Virus record (IMG/VR): IMGVR_UViG_3300023180_000059
Coordinates: 1 to 59,120 of that record
DNA from: a virus
Taxonomy: Duplodnaviria > Caudoviricetes
Reading direction: 5' to 3' (one strand)
Length of the DNA: 59,120 bases
The translations under genes and the position numbers were made by a program. The notes below the pieces were generated by a model. It was not told the origin of the DNA. It worked only from the letters and a program-made list of their open reading frames with translations, and made no database searches. Each line of letters begins with the position of its first letter. The stretch's first letter is position 1. This document shows positions 19,401-28,225 of this stretch, piece by piece.

Positions 19401-22400
19401 AGAAGAACGATGTACTCGGTGTTGATGTAGAGGCTATCGAACAAGCATATAGAGAATGGGGCAAGTCTGTAGGATTAAGCGAGTCTGCTATTGAGGCTAT
19501 GGTGCAAGAAGAGGTGGTCATGAAAGTACTTGCGAGTTACACCACAAACCTCAACCAAATTGATGCTTCGTTGATAGGTAAGATCAGACGAATCATTAAC
19601 AAAGCACTTACCGCAGTAGGTTTCAAGAAACTTACAATCACCGATGATGTTTCTCTTGTTAAACTAGCGGAGACATTCGCTCTTGCTACTCGCCAAGGAA
19701 AGGCTATTAACCAGCGTGTAAGCCAACCTTATAGAACACAGCCTGTAAGCGATGGTGGTCGTGCTAGTATCCTAATGTTAGCGGATGCCCTAGGTCTAGA
19801 TGCAAAGACTATACAACAATTTAAAGGTGGCTATGGAGAGGCATTTAGTTTCAAGGCAGCGGAATTTTTAAAGAGAAGAGAAGTAGGATACGCTACCCAA
19901 GAAGAAGCTCTTGAGGCACTTGGTGAAATAGAAGATGTAAACCTTTTACCTGAAATTGCGAAGGAAGATTTAGAACTCGGAATGAGTGCTATGGCGACCG
20001 AGGTATTCGATGTCGCTAGTCAATCGCTAGAAGATGGTAAGACATACAATATTGAGACATATATTGATTATAGTCAATATAAGTTAGAGACCGATCTTTC
20101 TATAAAAGGCAAGAGACTAGATGGCAGTCCTTCTTCTAGAAACCTTCGACTACCGATAGTTACAGGTGGATTCTTTATGCCTCGTACAGCAGAAGAATAT
20201 GTTGAGGCACAGGAAAAGGGAACTATAAATCGATTCTTCCCTAAAGATACATTTGATAAATTAAACCCTGGGGAACAACTACCTCCAAGATTCTTCGCAT
20301 TAATGCCTGATCGTGGTACTACAGTTAGAAGGTCTACCAATACTGGTGGTGAGGGTCGCCTCGGTGGTACAGATGGAGTAAGAAAGGATCAGTTCCTTGC
20401 CGAAGAAGTATTAGGTTTAAGTTCCGAAATTCATAAAGAGATACTGCTCCAAGGTATCATGCAGTCGCCGATGATTCTTATCGGAGATGACAGTGTGCTT
20501 TTAGGAATCTATGAGAACGGAGACTTATTAGGTCATGTGTACGCTGAAGATATTGAAGCATATTTAGACGGAGACTCAAGTTTACTTCTTGATGAAGATG
20601 TGGTATTTGAAGACATAGTAATGTCCTCTGCTCCGTTGAAAGGTATGCCTATGGAGGCACTTGATATTTACATGAGTGGCGTTGAAGCAATTGAAAACCG
20701 CAACCAAGCGGAGTACCAACAGTTGCTTGTCCAAATGCATCCAGATAATATCGGATGGATACCGGGACTAGGAACATATAACGGCAACATATATAGTGCG
20801 GTGTATGAAGATGCTGTTAGAATTTACCAAGCGGTTTTAGAAAAAGAAAGTAATAATGGAAACATTGATGGTGCTTTAAAAGAGGCTTCAAAGATTGCGA
20901 AACAATCTATTCGAAAATCCTTAATGCCTCTAGGCGACATCTTATATGCTCGTGAGTTATATAAAGATTCATATGGTGTAGAACCTCCACAGGTTGAGTC
21001 TATTGAGGAACTTGCGGGTTTCTTGGATACTAAACGCATGAGTGAGTTTGATGAGGGCATGATAAAAATCATGTTTGATTTGATTGACCTCGAAGCTCCT
21101 ATGATTAGGCTTGATAACATTGCGTTCTTGGACAACAATGAAAACAGTGAAAGCGTTGAACCTTTGCTAGAAGACTTCCAATATAGTGAACGAGTTCGCC
21201 CTCAAAGAAGGACTTCTTTGGTTAACATTGATAGTAGAGAATACAAGGCGTACACTAGAAACTTTGGATCAGATGTTACTTGGTATTTGGAAGGTGGGCG
21301 TGTTCCTCAAACAATGAATGAACTACTTGCGGATGCAGACAACATTGCTGATCCACTAGAGCGCATCAACTACTTGTCGTACATGACGGAACATATTGTC
21401 AACCGAGCCGGAGATATTGATGCCGAGATAGACAACAAACTGTTCCAACAAAAAGTAAAAGAGAAGATCGATTCTTCTCGTGAGGAATTGTTGAGCGGTC
21501 GTGCTGCTTTGAACCAAGAGTCTATCAACAAACTAAAAGAGGGTATTGTCGCTGGTAAGCGTGTAGGTCAAGGCATTGCTTCTAGTCGTGGTGTATCTAC
21601 GGATGTATCCGACATGTCGGCTTCTTCTGTTCGTTCAATACCTGCGGCTAACAGAAATGTTAGACCTATATATGTAGAACATGCTGTAGCGTTGACTAGT
21701 ACAGAACGCCATCCAATAATGGCGGACCAGGAAGTTCCTCCGTTCATCGACAACATGCCTAAAGAGGATTACTCTAGAGAGGGTATGCTAACACTTTATC
21801 ATGGTGGTTATGGTCTAGAGAATATCTCTAACGACCGACCTCTATACATATCTCCAGAGGAGAGTGAAGCGGCAGACTACCAACGCCTTCAAGATGACCA
21901 AGAAAAATCTGATCCTAAACTTGTAAACCCTGTCTACATAGAAGAGTCAAGGGTAGCATCTCAAGACCAAGCACTAGAGGTAGCACGAAGATTGTTCCCA
22001 GAAAAGATGGCGCAGTATGATGCGACTGGAGATGCTATGTTCTTTATGTTGATAGATATAGAAGGGATGGAGGCGAGAGGCTTTTCTTCAGAGGATATTC
22101 CATTTATACTAAATCAGAAAGAGCGTAAGAAATACTTTACGGCTCTTGAGTCGGCAGGTTTTGATGCGGTATCTTTTATGGATCAGCAGGCAGACCAGAC
22201 TAGAAGTCCTAGGGTTGTGGAGAATATGGTAGTTCTAAATCCACAAACGGCTATGGATAATGGCTCTATGAAACTGCAAAGTCAAAAGGAATGGGCGGAT
22301 GGAATCTATGCTACATTTAAAGAGCGTGTGGTTTCTAATCTTCTATACTTGCATGACCTTGCTGATCCAGAGGTTCGTGAGTACATGCGTAGATGGTACG

Positions 22401-25400
22401 ATGGTGCAAACAAGATTGCGAAGGACATGTCTACCAAATATGGTATTAGCGTAGAACAAGCCTCTGGTATTCTTGCTGCCCTATCGCCGGGTGCGGATTG
22501 GTTTATCAATATCCAAAACGCATACAACATCCTAGAGGTTCTTCACAATAACCAAGATTCTACATTTGATGAAACCATGTACAACATGGCTATCGGAAGA
22601 AAACTAGAATCATATAGACAAACTGGTCCAAATAGTTCTTACTACAAGAAGAAGTTCAAGGGTAAAAAGATGACCCCTTCTAAACTCTTAACGAAAGATC
22701 GAGCGGGATTTGATTCTTTCCAGGAGTCTATGGATATTCTTCGTGGCAGAACACTTTCTAGTATGGATGCTTTGGAGAAAGCCAAGTTCATTCGCTACTA
22801 TAGAGAAGTGTATATGCCTTCTACTGTACAAGTGTACAGCCCTGTTGGTGATGACCTAGGAACATACACTACCAAGAGTGGTAAGCCTAGACAAGTTGTG
22901 ACCCAAAGTTTTTCTAACATGGCGAAAGCCGTAACGATGTTTGAGAATAACGACATCGGTATGATTAGCGAACTGCTCGGAGGTAGCCATAAGATTAGAC
23001 ACTTCTACAATAACATCGCAAACCCTGATGCAACGGATGGTGATGTTACTATGGATACTCATGCGGTTGCTGCGGCGGAGCTCATGCCTTATGGTCAATC
23101 AAGCCCAGCCGTAAACGAGAACTTTGGTGGGGCAGGCATCATGTCTTCTTCGGTCAATGGTTTGTCAGGAAACTATTGGGCGTATCTTGATGCATATGTG
23201 GAGGCAGCAAACCAAAGAGGCATCCTTCCTCGTGAGATGCAGTCTATCACTTGGGAAGTGATTCGATTAATGATGCCTTCAACTCTTCGTGATAATACTA
23301 GTAGATCAGATATAGCAGAGATTTATAAAGGTTATGAAGGAGAACCAATTGAAGATGTACAAAATGAAATTAAAAAATACTTCGATGAAAAAGACACCGA
23401 CACAGAAACCCCAAGAGGAACAAATATTAAGCACCCTAGTTGGTACAGACCTTCTAGTAGCGAAGGAGATATTACGCAAGGGGAAACCTCTAACGAAGGA
23501 GACTTGGCTGGAGGAGATTTATCTAGCGGAACAAGTACCGAAGCAGATACACCCGGAAGTCCTAGCAACGATACCGGAAGGGCTGCACTAAAAATGCGTC
23601 AAGCCACGACACAGTTCGTGGACATGCTTAAGGGTGGTGTGCCTCAAGAGGTGGCGTTTGCCGAGACCATCTTGAAGGCGGATAGAAAAGCCAAGAAGGG
23701 TAAACTCAAGCCAACGGATGAGGGATCAGATTTCTTCTACCAACCACAAAGCATCAATGCTACTAGAGAGCAGTTGATGGGGATGAGTACTGCGGAGATT
23801 GTATCAATGCTAGATACCAATGTCTTGCGTGACATTAGCACACAGGCTGGTAAGATAGACTTCTCTACCGATGGTAACATCCTAGTACTTGCTCAAATAG
23901 AATACCTTGAGCGTTTGAGAAAAGCAGGCGACATGAACGGATACCAAACCGAACTCGCTAAACTTACTCAAATGGGAACAACCTTTGGACAACTGCTCCG
24001 ACAATTTGGGGAAATCAAAGGTCGTACTGTAGAGGGCATGGTATCCCTCATTGCAAAAGAATACGAGAGAAAGGGTACGCCTCTAAAAACAGATGCGCTA
24101 GAAACACTTACTCAAGTCGTAGACGAATACATGCAGGCTAAAGATGGATTTGACCAAGCGGTTGATGAGGTCTTCGATACTGATCCGAGTAACTTCGACC
24201 AAATGGATAAGAAGGTTCAAGAGGCTCAAGAGAGATTAGAGAAAGCCATCGCAGGTATTAACGACTTCCAAAAGTTCAATGCGCCTACATGGGGTTCACT
24301 CCTATCTACCATTATGCAGGGTAACCTTCTTACCCTACGCTCTATTACAACGAACGTCATTGCGAACGCCATCACGCTTCCAATGAGATTAGGTGAGCAG
24401 TTGATTGCTGCGCCGATAGAGTTTATGTTGTCAGGAAATAAGCGTGAGATCAGACCATCTTTCGGTGCTATGATTTACGGAGCGCAACGATCTTTCCATG
24501 GTCTTAAAGAAGCGTACAAATCTATCAAGAGCGGTGTTGCCCCTGGTGATTTTGAGTACACGGCGGGATATCAACTACGACCACTAGTTGCTCTTGCTAC
24601 TGTATTTGGTAAGGGAAAAGAAGGACTACCTCAAGAGTTCCATAGTCAAGCAGACTTCATGAACTACAAGGCAAAGAAACTTGTTGAGGGCATCTTTGGT
24701 CTAACGGCAGCATCAAACTTTAAACTACTTGTACTTGGTGACCGACCATTCTATCGTGGTATGGAGGGATATGAGTTGTACCAACAAGGTAGAAAGTTAG
24801 GGTTGTCAGGAGAATCTCTTGCTCAATTCCTTAAGTACCCTACCGAGGAACACTTGAGACTTGCTCGTGAAAAAGGATTGAAGCTCACCTTCCAAGAGAA
24901 TGATTCTACCCTACTGTTTGGTATGGTGAATACCCAACAAGCACAAAACTTCTTTAGCGGTGCAGGTGGTAAAATGATGGAGAGTGATAAACTAATGACA
25001 AGAATGTTTGGTAATGCGGTTCGCTTTATCGTGAAGTCAAATGTTCCTTTCGTTAAGACTCCATTCAATATCCTATCACAGTCATTGGAGTTGACCATGT
25101 TCCCGATCACATTCTTACAAGCATTCTCTAGAGGAATGTCGGCTCGTGATAGATCAGAGAAACTAGCAACCGCCCTCATGGGATACATGTTGTTCTTACT
25201 TGCTCGTAGATTATATGACCAAGGTGCTGCTAGTGGAGCGGTAGATAAGATGAGTCCGAAGTCTCGTAGCGTAGCCTATGAGGTAGAACCTCCGTTCACT
25301 ATCAATGTATCGGCACTAGGTCGTGAGACAGGAGAGCCTTTCCAACCATCTGATCGTAGAGTAGGTTTCGCTAAACTAGGTTTGCCGGGTGCGATACTCG

Positions 25401-26296
25401 CAGCGTATATTGAGGCGTTCAAGATTATCGATAGAAAGCCTAACTTCTCTAGCGAAGAAGAATTGAAAGAGTTTGGTATCGAAGAGCAAAGTCCAGTGAG
25501 TAGTTTCCTTGAGAAGTCAATGGGTATTACCCTAGGTTCTTTGGGTGCATTGTTGGATCAGTCCTTCTTGACCGGTCTAGAAAATGTAACGAAAGTGTTA
25601 CAAAATACGGAGGATGTAAATGTAGTAACCAAGTACTTCGAGCAGTTGTCTCGTGCTATGGTATCCGTTCCTCTTCCTAACTTGTTCACATCATTCTATA
25701 GAGCGGAGCGTGAGTTCTTGCCAGACTATCGTGACAACACTATCGACAAGAGGTTTAAGAATGTATTGTATGACAGAACCTTTGGTACATTTGGTAGAGG
25801 TGATAACCCTGCTCCTATCCGTATCAATGTGTGGGGTGAGAAGATTAATCAAACTCCTCCAGGAACAAACCCTGTCTTCTATGAATTCCTTGACCCTACA
25901 GGCACAAGACTAGCAACGGATGATCCACTTAAGGTTGAACTATACTCTCTATATCGTAGAACAAACGATGAGAATGCACTACCTTCTATACCTAGTATCA
26001 TATTGAACAAGGAACTATTTAGAAACAAGGGATCAGAAAGATATGAGTTCACTACATCCGAAGTAAATGAACTGCTCATGCTACTAGGTCAAGAAAGAAC
26101 TAAAAGTTTACGAGCGGTTGTTGAGTCTGAAGGCTGGGGTAGAATGTCAGATGAATCTCAAATCGCTGTGGTTAAAAAGATAAATAGTCGCTTTAGTAAG
26201 GGCTACCAAAAATTAGATGATGGTAGTTTAAAAGTGTACAAGTGGTATCGCCGTAGACAAGAAATGATAATGCAAAAGAAGAATGAAGCAAATTAA
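16442..26296 (+). CDS. 3284-aa large polyvalent internal virion protein (zincin-like peptidase, ART-like and HhH glycosylase-like domains)
   Basis: REEFAH ~19310; TLYHGG ~21790; RRWY...AALSP...DTHAV...EMQSITW ~22390-23255. Confidence 0.75.
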   Translation: MNEEILEYLRGQFGDDYFNIDTQEALTDYENTVLRRGIMAGYDLGELRPALEELRVELVKKKESQQEVFQSSQDLYQQAVEETGFSKSEDSPYAGGLGYDYSGTRTLEKLDGSAAEQKVANDELDALAKDVENAQYDQAYQTFKYLGYSDEKASESVGNLHNMAIEQGQPIGQVMNNLYLMDFRTGFEQYKDDLNVENADRYRTIVDFGAASQEATNVAYWLDKGVDIDGASEELGISIKSHDVFHEDYLTPGEDYFSFWLIDEESAPGEKTGVYNDLKRFYNRAAISKMQADMLDPVMPLSEVDFERLAYYQKLMRENHQVEWDTDNAFLEGVDIVLSSVVSPIFESAAAMWAGAATNPLTYMGALTGAGTFVGFGAEGLALEYSSKVLEVFSELGYDTANPAQLAKAFENPEVMKEARNRGLAKGIPIAIVDAISAGTASAVYKNIIKQGYRRFTTYALAEGAEGLMGAGGEALGQLVETGEIYDVKGIALEFLGQGIQTAPIKAYTAIKNKDMSQAERDYLRFAVLNQDAHELTTAASSMNFNEVQAINKKIKEQRQAARKAKSKEARATHRQNARQLQQQKYETLNRNLETLQNLPENKRKKVVELTERMNDHAIELKRFKKGDPGRTAVIEEIGKIYGQINDIVKGRKPRETPMGSEVAPNVNPTPVDGVTPVPGAPTVEEASTPTITELDGQQAVVKLPSGITRGLVTIDEGGKVTIEDAKGNVTELGNVQDIGEQSLEEAGFGSFLSELNEDGSFSIRGKQYTAPRGKKSVNLNENGEVVSVTLKDSKGRNRTFRGEVAQEIAYLFSQPQSKQEDTRSIEEIIVETSEEANGGPAVETVEEVQGQDETVTPSDETPPIPQQEKPELPKPALSSPVRTISPRNGISERVASIVNGLVSALSGNIGKDVRMVFWNNTEDLNNALGQNGLEAFYDFRTNTIHLTIDATDAVIREEFAHAGFGGIMSDDKVRGRLYQEVRDLAKKNDVLGVDVEAIEQAYREWGKSVGLSESAIEAMVQEEVVMKVLASYTTNLNQIDASLIGKIRRIINKALTAVGFKKLTITDDVSLVKLAETFALATRQGKAINQRVSQPYRTQPVSDGGRASILMLADALGLDAKTIQQFKGGYGEAFSFKAAEFLKRREVGYATQEEALEALGEIEDVNLLPEIAKEDLELGMSAMATEVFDVASQSLEDGKTYNIETYIDYSQYKLETDLSIKGKRLDGSPSSRNLRLPIVTGGFFMPRTAEEYVEAQEKGTINRFFPKDTFDKLNPGEQLPPRFFALMPDRGTTVRRSTNTGGEGRLGGTDGVRKDQFLAEEVLGLSSEIHKEILLQGIMQSPMILIGDDSVLLGIYENGDLLGHVYAEDIEAYLDGDSSLLLDEDVVFEDIVMSSAPLKGMPMEALDIYMSGVEAIENRNQAEYQQLLVQMHPDNIGWIPGLGTYNGNIYSAVYEDAVRIYQAVLEKESNNGNIDGALKEASKIAKQSIRKSLMPLGDILYARELYKDSYGVEPPQVESIEELAGFLDTKRMSEFDEGMIKIMFDLIDLEAPMIRLDNIAFLDNNENSESVEPLLEDFQYSERVRPQRRTSLVNIDSREYKAYTRNFGSDVTWYLEGGRVPQTMNELLADADNIADPLERINYLSYMTEHIVNRAGDIDAEIDNKLFQQKVKEKIDSSREELLSGRAALNQESINKLKEGIVAGKRVGQGIASSRGVSTDVSDMSASSVRSIPAANRNVRPIYVEHAVALTSTERHPIMADQEVPPFIDNMPKEDYSREGMLTLYHGGYGLENISNDRPLYISPEESEAADYQRLQDDQEKSDPKLVNPVYIEESRVASQDQALEVARRLFPEKMAQYDATGDAMFFMLIDIEGMEARGFSSEDIPFILNQKERKKYFTALESAGFDAVSFMDQQADQTRSPRVVENMVVLNPQTAMDNGSMKLQSQKEWADGIYATFKERVVSNLLYLHDLADPEVREYMRRWYDGANKIAKDMSTKYGISVEQASGILAALSPGADWFINIQNAYNILEVLHNNQDSTFDETMYNMAIGRKLESYRQTGPNSSYYKKKFKGKKMTPSKLLTKDRAGFDSFQESMDILRGRTLSSMDALEKAKFIRYYREVYMPSTVQVYSPVGDDLGTYTTKSGKPRQVVTQSFSNMAKAVTMFENNDIGMISELLGGSHKIRHFYNNIANPDATDGDVTMDTHAVAAAELMPYGQSSPAVNENFGGAGIMSSSVNGLSGNYWAYLDAYVEAANQRGILPREMQSITWEVIRLMMPSTLRDNTSRSDIAEIYKGYEGEPIEDVQNEIKKYFDEKDTDTETPRGTNIKHPSWYRPSSSEGDITQGETSNEGDLAGGDLSSGTSTEADTPGSPSNDTGRAALKMRQATTQFVDMLKGGVPQEVAFAETILKADRKAKKGKLKPTDEGSDFFYQPQSINATREQLMGMSTAEIVSMLDTNVLRDISTQAGKIDFSTDGNILVLAQIEYLERLRKAGDMNGYQTELAKLTQMGTTFGQLLRQFGEIKGRTVEGMVSLIAKEYERKGTPLKTDALETLTQVVDEYMQAKDGFDQAVDEVFDTDPSNFDQMDKKVQEAQERLEKAIAGINDFQKFNAPTWGSLLSTIMQGNLLTLRSITTNVIANAITLPMRLGEQLIAAPIEFMLSGNKREIRPSFGAMIYGAQRSFHGLKEAYKSIKSGVAPGDFEYTAGYQLRPLVALATVFGKGKEGLPQEFHSQADFMNYKAKKLVEGIFGLTAASNFKLLVLGDRPFYRGMEGYELYQQGRKLGLSGESLAQFLKYPTEEHLRLAREKGLKLTFQENDSTLLFGMVNTQQAQNFFSGAGGKMMESDKLMTRMFGNAVRFIVKSNVPFVKTPFNILSQSLELTMFPITFLQAFSRGMSARDRSEKLATALMGYMLFLLARRLYDQGAASGAVDKMSPKSRSVAYEVEPPFTINVSALGRETGEPFQPSDRRVGFAKLGLPGAILAAYIEAFKIIDRKPNFSSEEELKEFGIEEQSPVSSFLEKSMGITLGSLGALLDQSFLTGLENVTKVLQNTEDVNVVTKYFEQLSRAMVSVPLPNLFTSFYRAEREFLPDYRDNTIDKRFKNVLYDRTFGTFGRGDNPAPIRINVWGEKINQTPPGTNPVFYEFLDPTGTRLATDDPLKVELYSLYRRTNDENALPSIPSIILNKELFRNKGSERYEFTTSEVNELLMLLGQERTKSLRAVVESEGWGRMSDESQIAVVKKINSRFSKGYQKLDDGSLKVYKWYRRRQEMIMQKKNEAN

Positions 26297-26732
26297 AAAC
26301 ACCAAAATTGGTAAGCTCTTAAAAGAGAAAGCACCTCAAGTATTAGATATTGTAGGAGACTTACTCCCTGATCAAGGGGCGTTGGGCGTTGTCAAGAGAT
26401 TGATTGATGACCCTTCCGTTGAAATGAGTGCAGAGGAAAAGCAAGAGTTGAATAACCAAGTGATGGAGATGTACCAACTCGAAGTTGCTGATCGTGATAG
26501 CGCACGGAAACGCCAAGCGGAAATGGTAAAGGCGGGTGCGAAGGACTGGTTGTTCAATGTAACCGGTCTTGTAGGATTGGGAGCGTTCTCTTTCCTTGTT
26601 TGTTCTATCGTATTTTTACATGTACCTGAAGAGAACAAAGAGATATTCATACATCTTATCGGTATCGTTGAAGGTGTGGCTCTATCTATTTTCGGATACT
26701 ACTTTGGATCAGCAATTAAAGAAGACAAATAA
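26283..26732 (+). CDS. Holin
   Basis: Two C-terminal TM segments, DRDSARKRQ motif, GYYFGS end; adjacent to the endolysin. Confidence 0.75.
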   Translation: MKQIKNTKIGKLLKEKAPQVLDIVGDLLPDQGALGVVKRLIDDPSVEMSAEEKQELNNQVMEMYQLEVADRDSARKRQAEMVKAGAKDWLFNVTGLVGLGAFSFLVCSIVFLHVPEENKEIFIHLIGIVEGVALSIFGYYFGSAIKEDK

Positions 26733-27199
26733 TGGAACTAGAAGTATTAAGATTTAGTAGCGAAGCGGATAGCACTAACGGGCTATTGTTTGATATCACT
26801 AATGGTGAGCGTAAGTTCCTATGCTATACCCTAGAGGATGAGCATAGAGATGTAAAGGTTATGTCGGAGACTAGAGTACCGGCTGGTACCTATCAAATCA
26901 CCCTGCGTACCACGGGAGGTCATCATGCTAAATACACAAAGAGGTATGGGGAGATGCACAAAGGAATGCTATGGGTTCGTGAAGTGCCTAACTTTAAGTG
27001 GATTCTTATTCACACTGGTAATACTGATGAACACACTGCTGGGTGTCTCCTTGTTGGTGATACTCAAAAAATCAACTTTGGCGAGAGTGATGGATTCGTT
27101 GGTTCTTCTACTGCGGCGTATAAAAGAATCTACCCTCCGATTGCTAAAGCTCTTGAAGAAGGGGAGGAAGTAACGATTACATATATCGACTTCGATTAG
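26732..27199 (+). CDS. DUF5675-family putative endolysin
   Basis: CYTLED, TRVPAGTY and ILIHTGNTDEHTAGCLLVG motifs. Confidence 0.8.
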   Translation: MELEVLRFSSEADSTNGLLFDITNGERKFLCYTLEDEHRDVKVMSETRVPAGTYQITLRTTGGHHAKYTKRYGEMHKGMLWVREVPNFKWILIHTGNTDEHTAGCLLVGDTQKINFGESDGFVGSSTAAYKRIYPPIAKALEEGEEVTITYIDFD

Positions 27200-27528
27200 T
27201 AACGGAATCCATTGAATCCAAATAAGTGAAGGAAGCTCTCAAACATGTGGGCTAACTTCACATTCTTTGTGGATATAAGAACTCGATATCCCTTGGTATT
27301 CTTACCACGCTTTCGGTGTCTTTGCATCCTCTTGTTAATATGCTTGGTCATCCCAACATAGTGTTCTTTGGGAAGATAGTAGACATGGAAAATCTTTTTA
27401 CGAGTAGTATCGATCTTCCTCTTACACTCTTTGCAATATCTTTGAACGCCTTGCGGTCTTGTATTACTTCTATGGAACTGATCCGTAGGTTTATGTTTTG
27501 TACACCTGCTACATCTATGAAGTTTCAT
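27196..27528 (-). CDS. Zn-finger plus GIY-YIG-like protein
   Basis: CxxC...YCKEC, then VYYL..HYVGMT...RMQRH. Confidence 0.7.
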   Translation of the reverse strand: MKLHRCSRCTKHKPTDQFHRSNTRPQGVQRYCKECKRKIDTTRKKIFHVYYLPKEHYVGMTKHINKRMQRHRKRGKNTKGYRVLISTKNVKLAHMFESFLHLFGFNGFRY

Positions 27529-27757
27529 GAAATTCTTGGAGAGAAGATTTGATTATCTCCAGTTCAAGCCTGATCCTTTGAGTGGTAGATTGTAGTACCG
27601 ACACTATCTTCTCTTGACTTACAACTGGATTGCCTTGGTAATCAAAGAGCTTTTCATAGAGCGCATCAATTTCTTTGTGAGCATTCTCACAAGCAAGATG
27701 ATAATATTTCCCTAGGTCTTTGTGTTCCATGGCAGTTGTTCGATATAATTTAGTCAA
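27515..27757 (-). CDS. Hypothetical protein
   Basis: ORF overlapping its neighbour in the operon. Confidence 0.6.
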   Translation of the reverse strand: MTKLYRTTAMEHKDLGKYYHLACENAHKEIDALYEKLFDYQGNPVVSQEKIVSVLQSTTQRIRLELEIIKSSLQEFHETS

Positions 27758-27784
27758 CTACCATGACAAAAAATATATCACAAA

Positions 27785-28225
27785 CTAGGAGTTATCAACA
27801 ATGTCTTGAACGACTTGGTCTACTTGTGCTTGATTACTAGGGATATAGATAGCGTAGTCACCCATACCATTTTGTTGACAGTAATTAAGGAACATCTTAA
27901 ACCTCAAAGGGAAACTATGTTGACTAGGCACATAACCCTTGGTCTCTATAATAAACCTATGCTTGTCGCTCACAAAGTCGGGAGTGTAGGTGACTGCTCT
28001 GATCACCCTGTTCTCTTTAACACCGAATCCTCTTGAAGACTTCTTACCATACCTCCCCTTGTGTTTGAAGCCGGGAAATATTTCGTAGGTGTCTTCCTCG
28101 TACTTAAAGTCAATACCCGCCTCCTTGAGTTTCTTGTAGCAATACATCTCCAATTTTGATTGGAAGGTAACGCCATCATAGACACTCTTCTTACTATTGA
28201 CCGCTCCTCTTTTCTTCTTTCTCAT
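27785..28225 (-). CDS. PD-(D/E)XK endonuclease (T7 endonuclease I/DUF1064-like resolvase)
   Basis: YDGVTFQSKLE...YTPDF...IIETKG. Confidence 0.75.
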   Translation of the reverse strand: MRKKKRGAVNSKKSVYDGVTFQSKLEMYCYKKLKEAGIDFKYEEDTYEIFPGFKHKGRYGKKSSRGFGVKENRVIRAVTYTPDFVSDKHRFIIETKGYVPSQHSFPLRFKMFLNYCQQNGMGDYAIYIPSNQAQVDQVVQDIVDNS

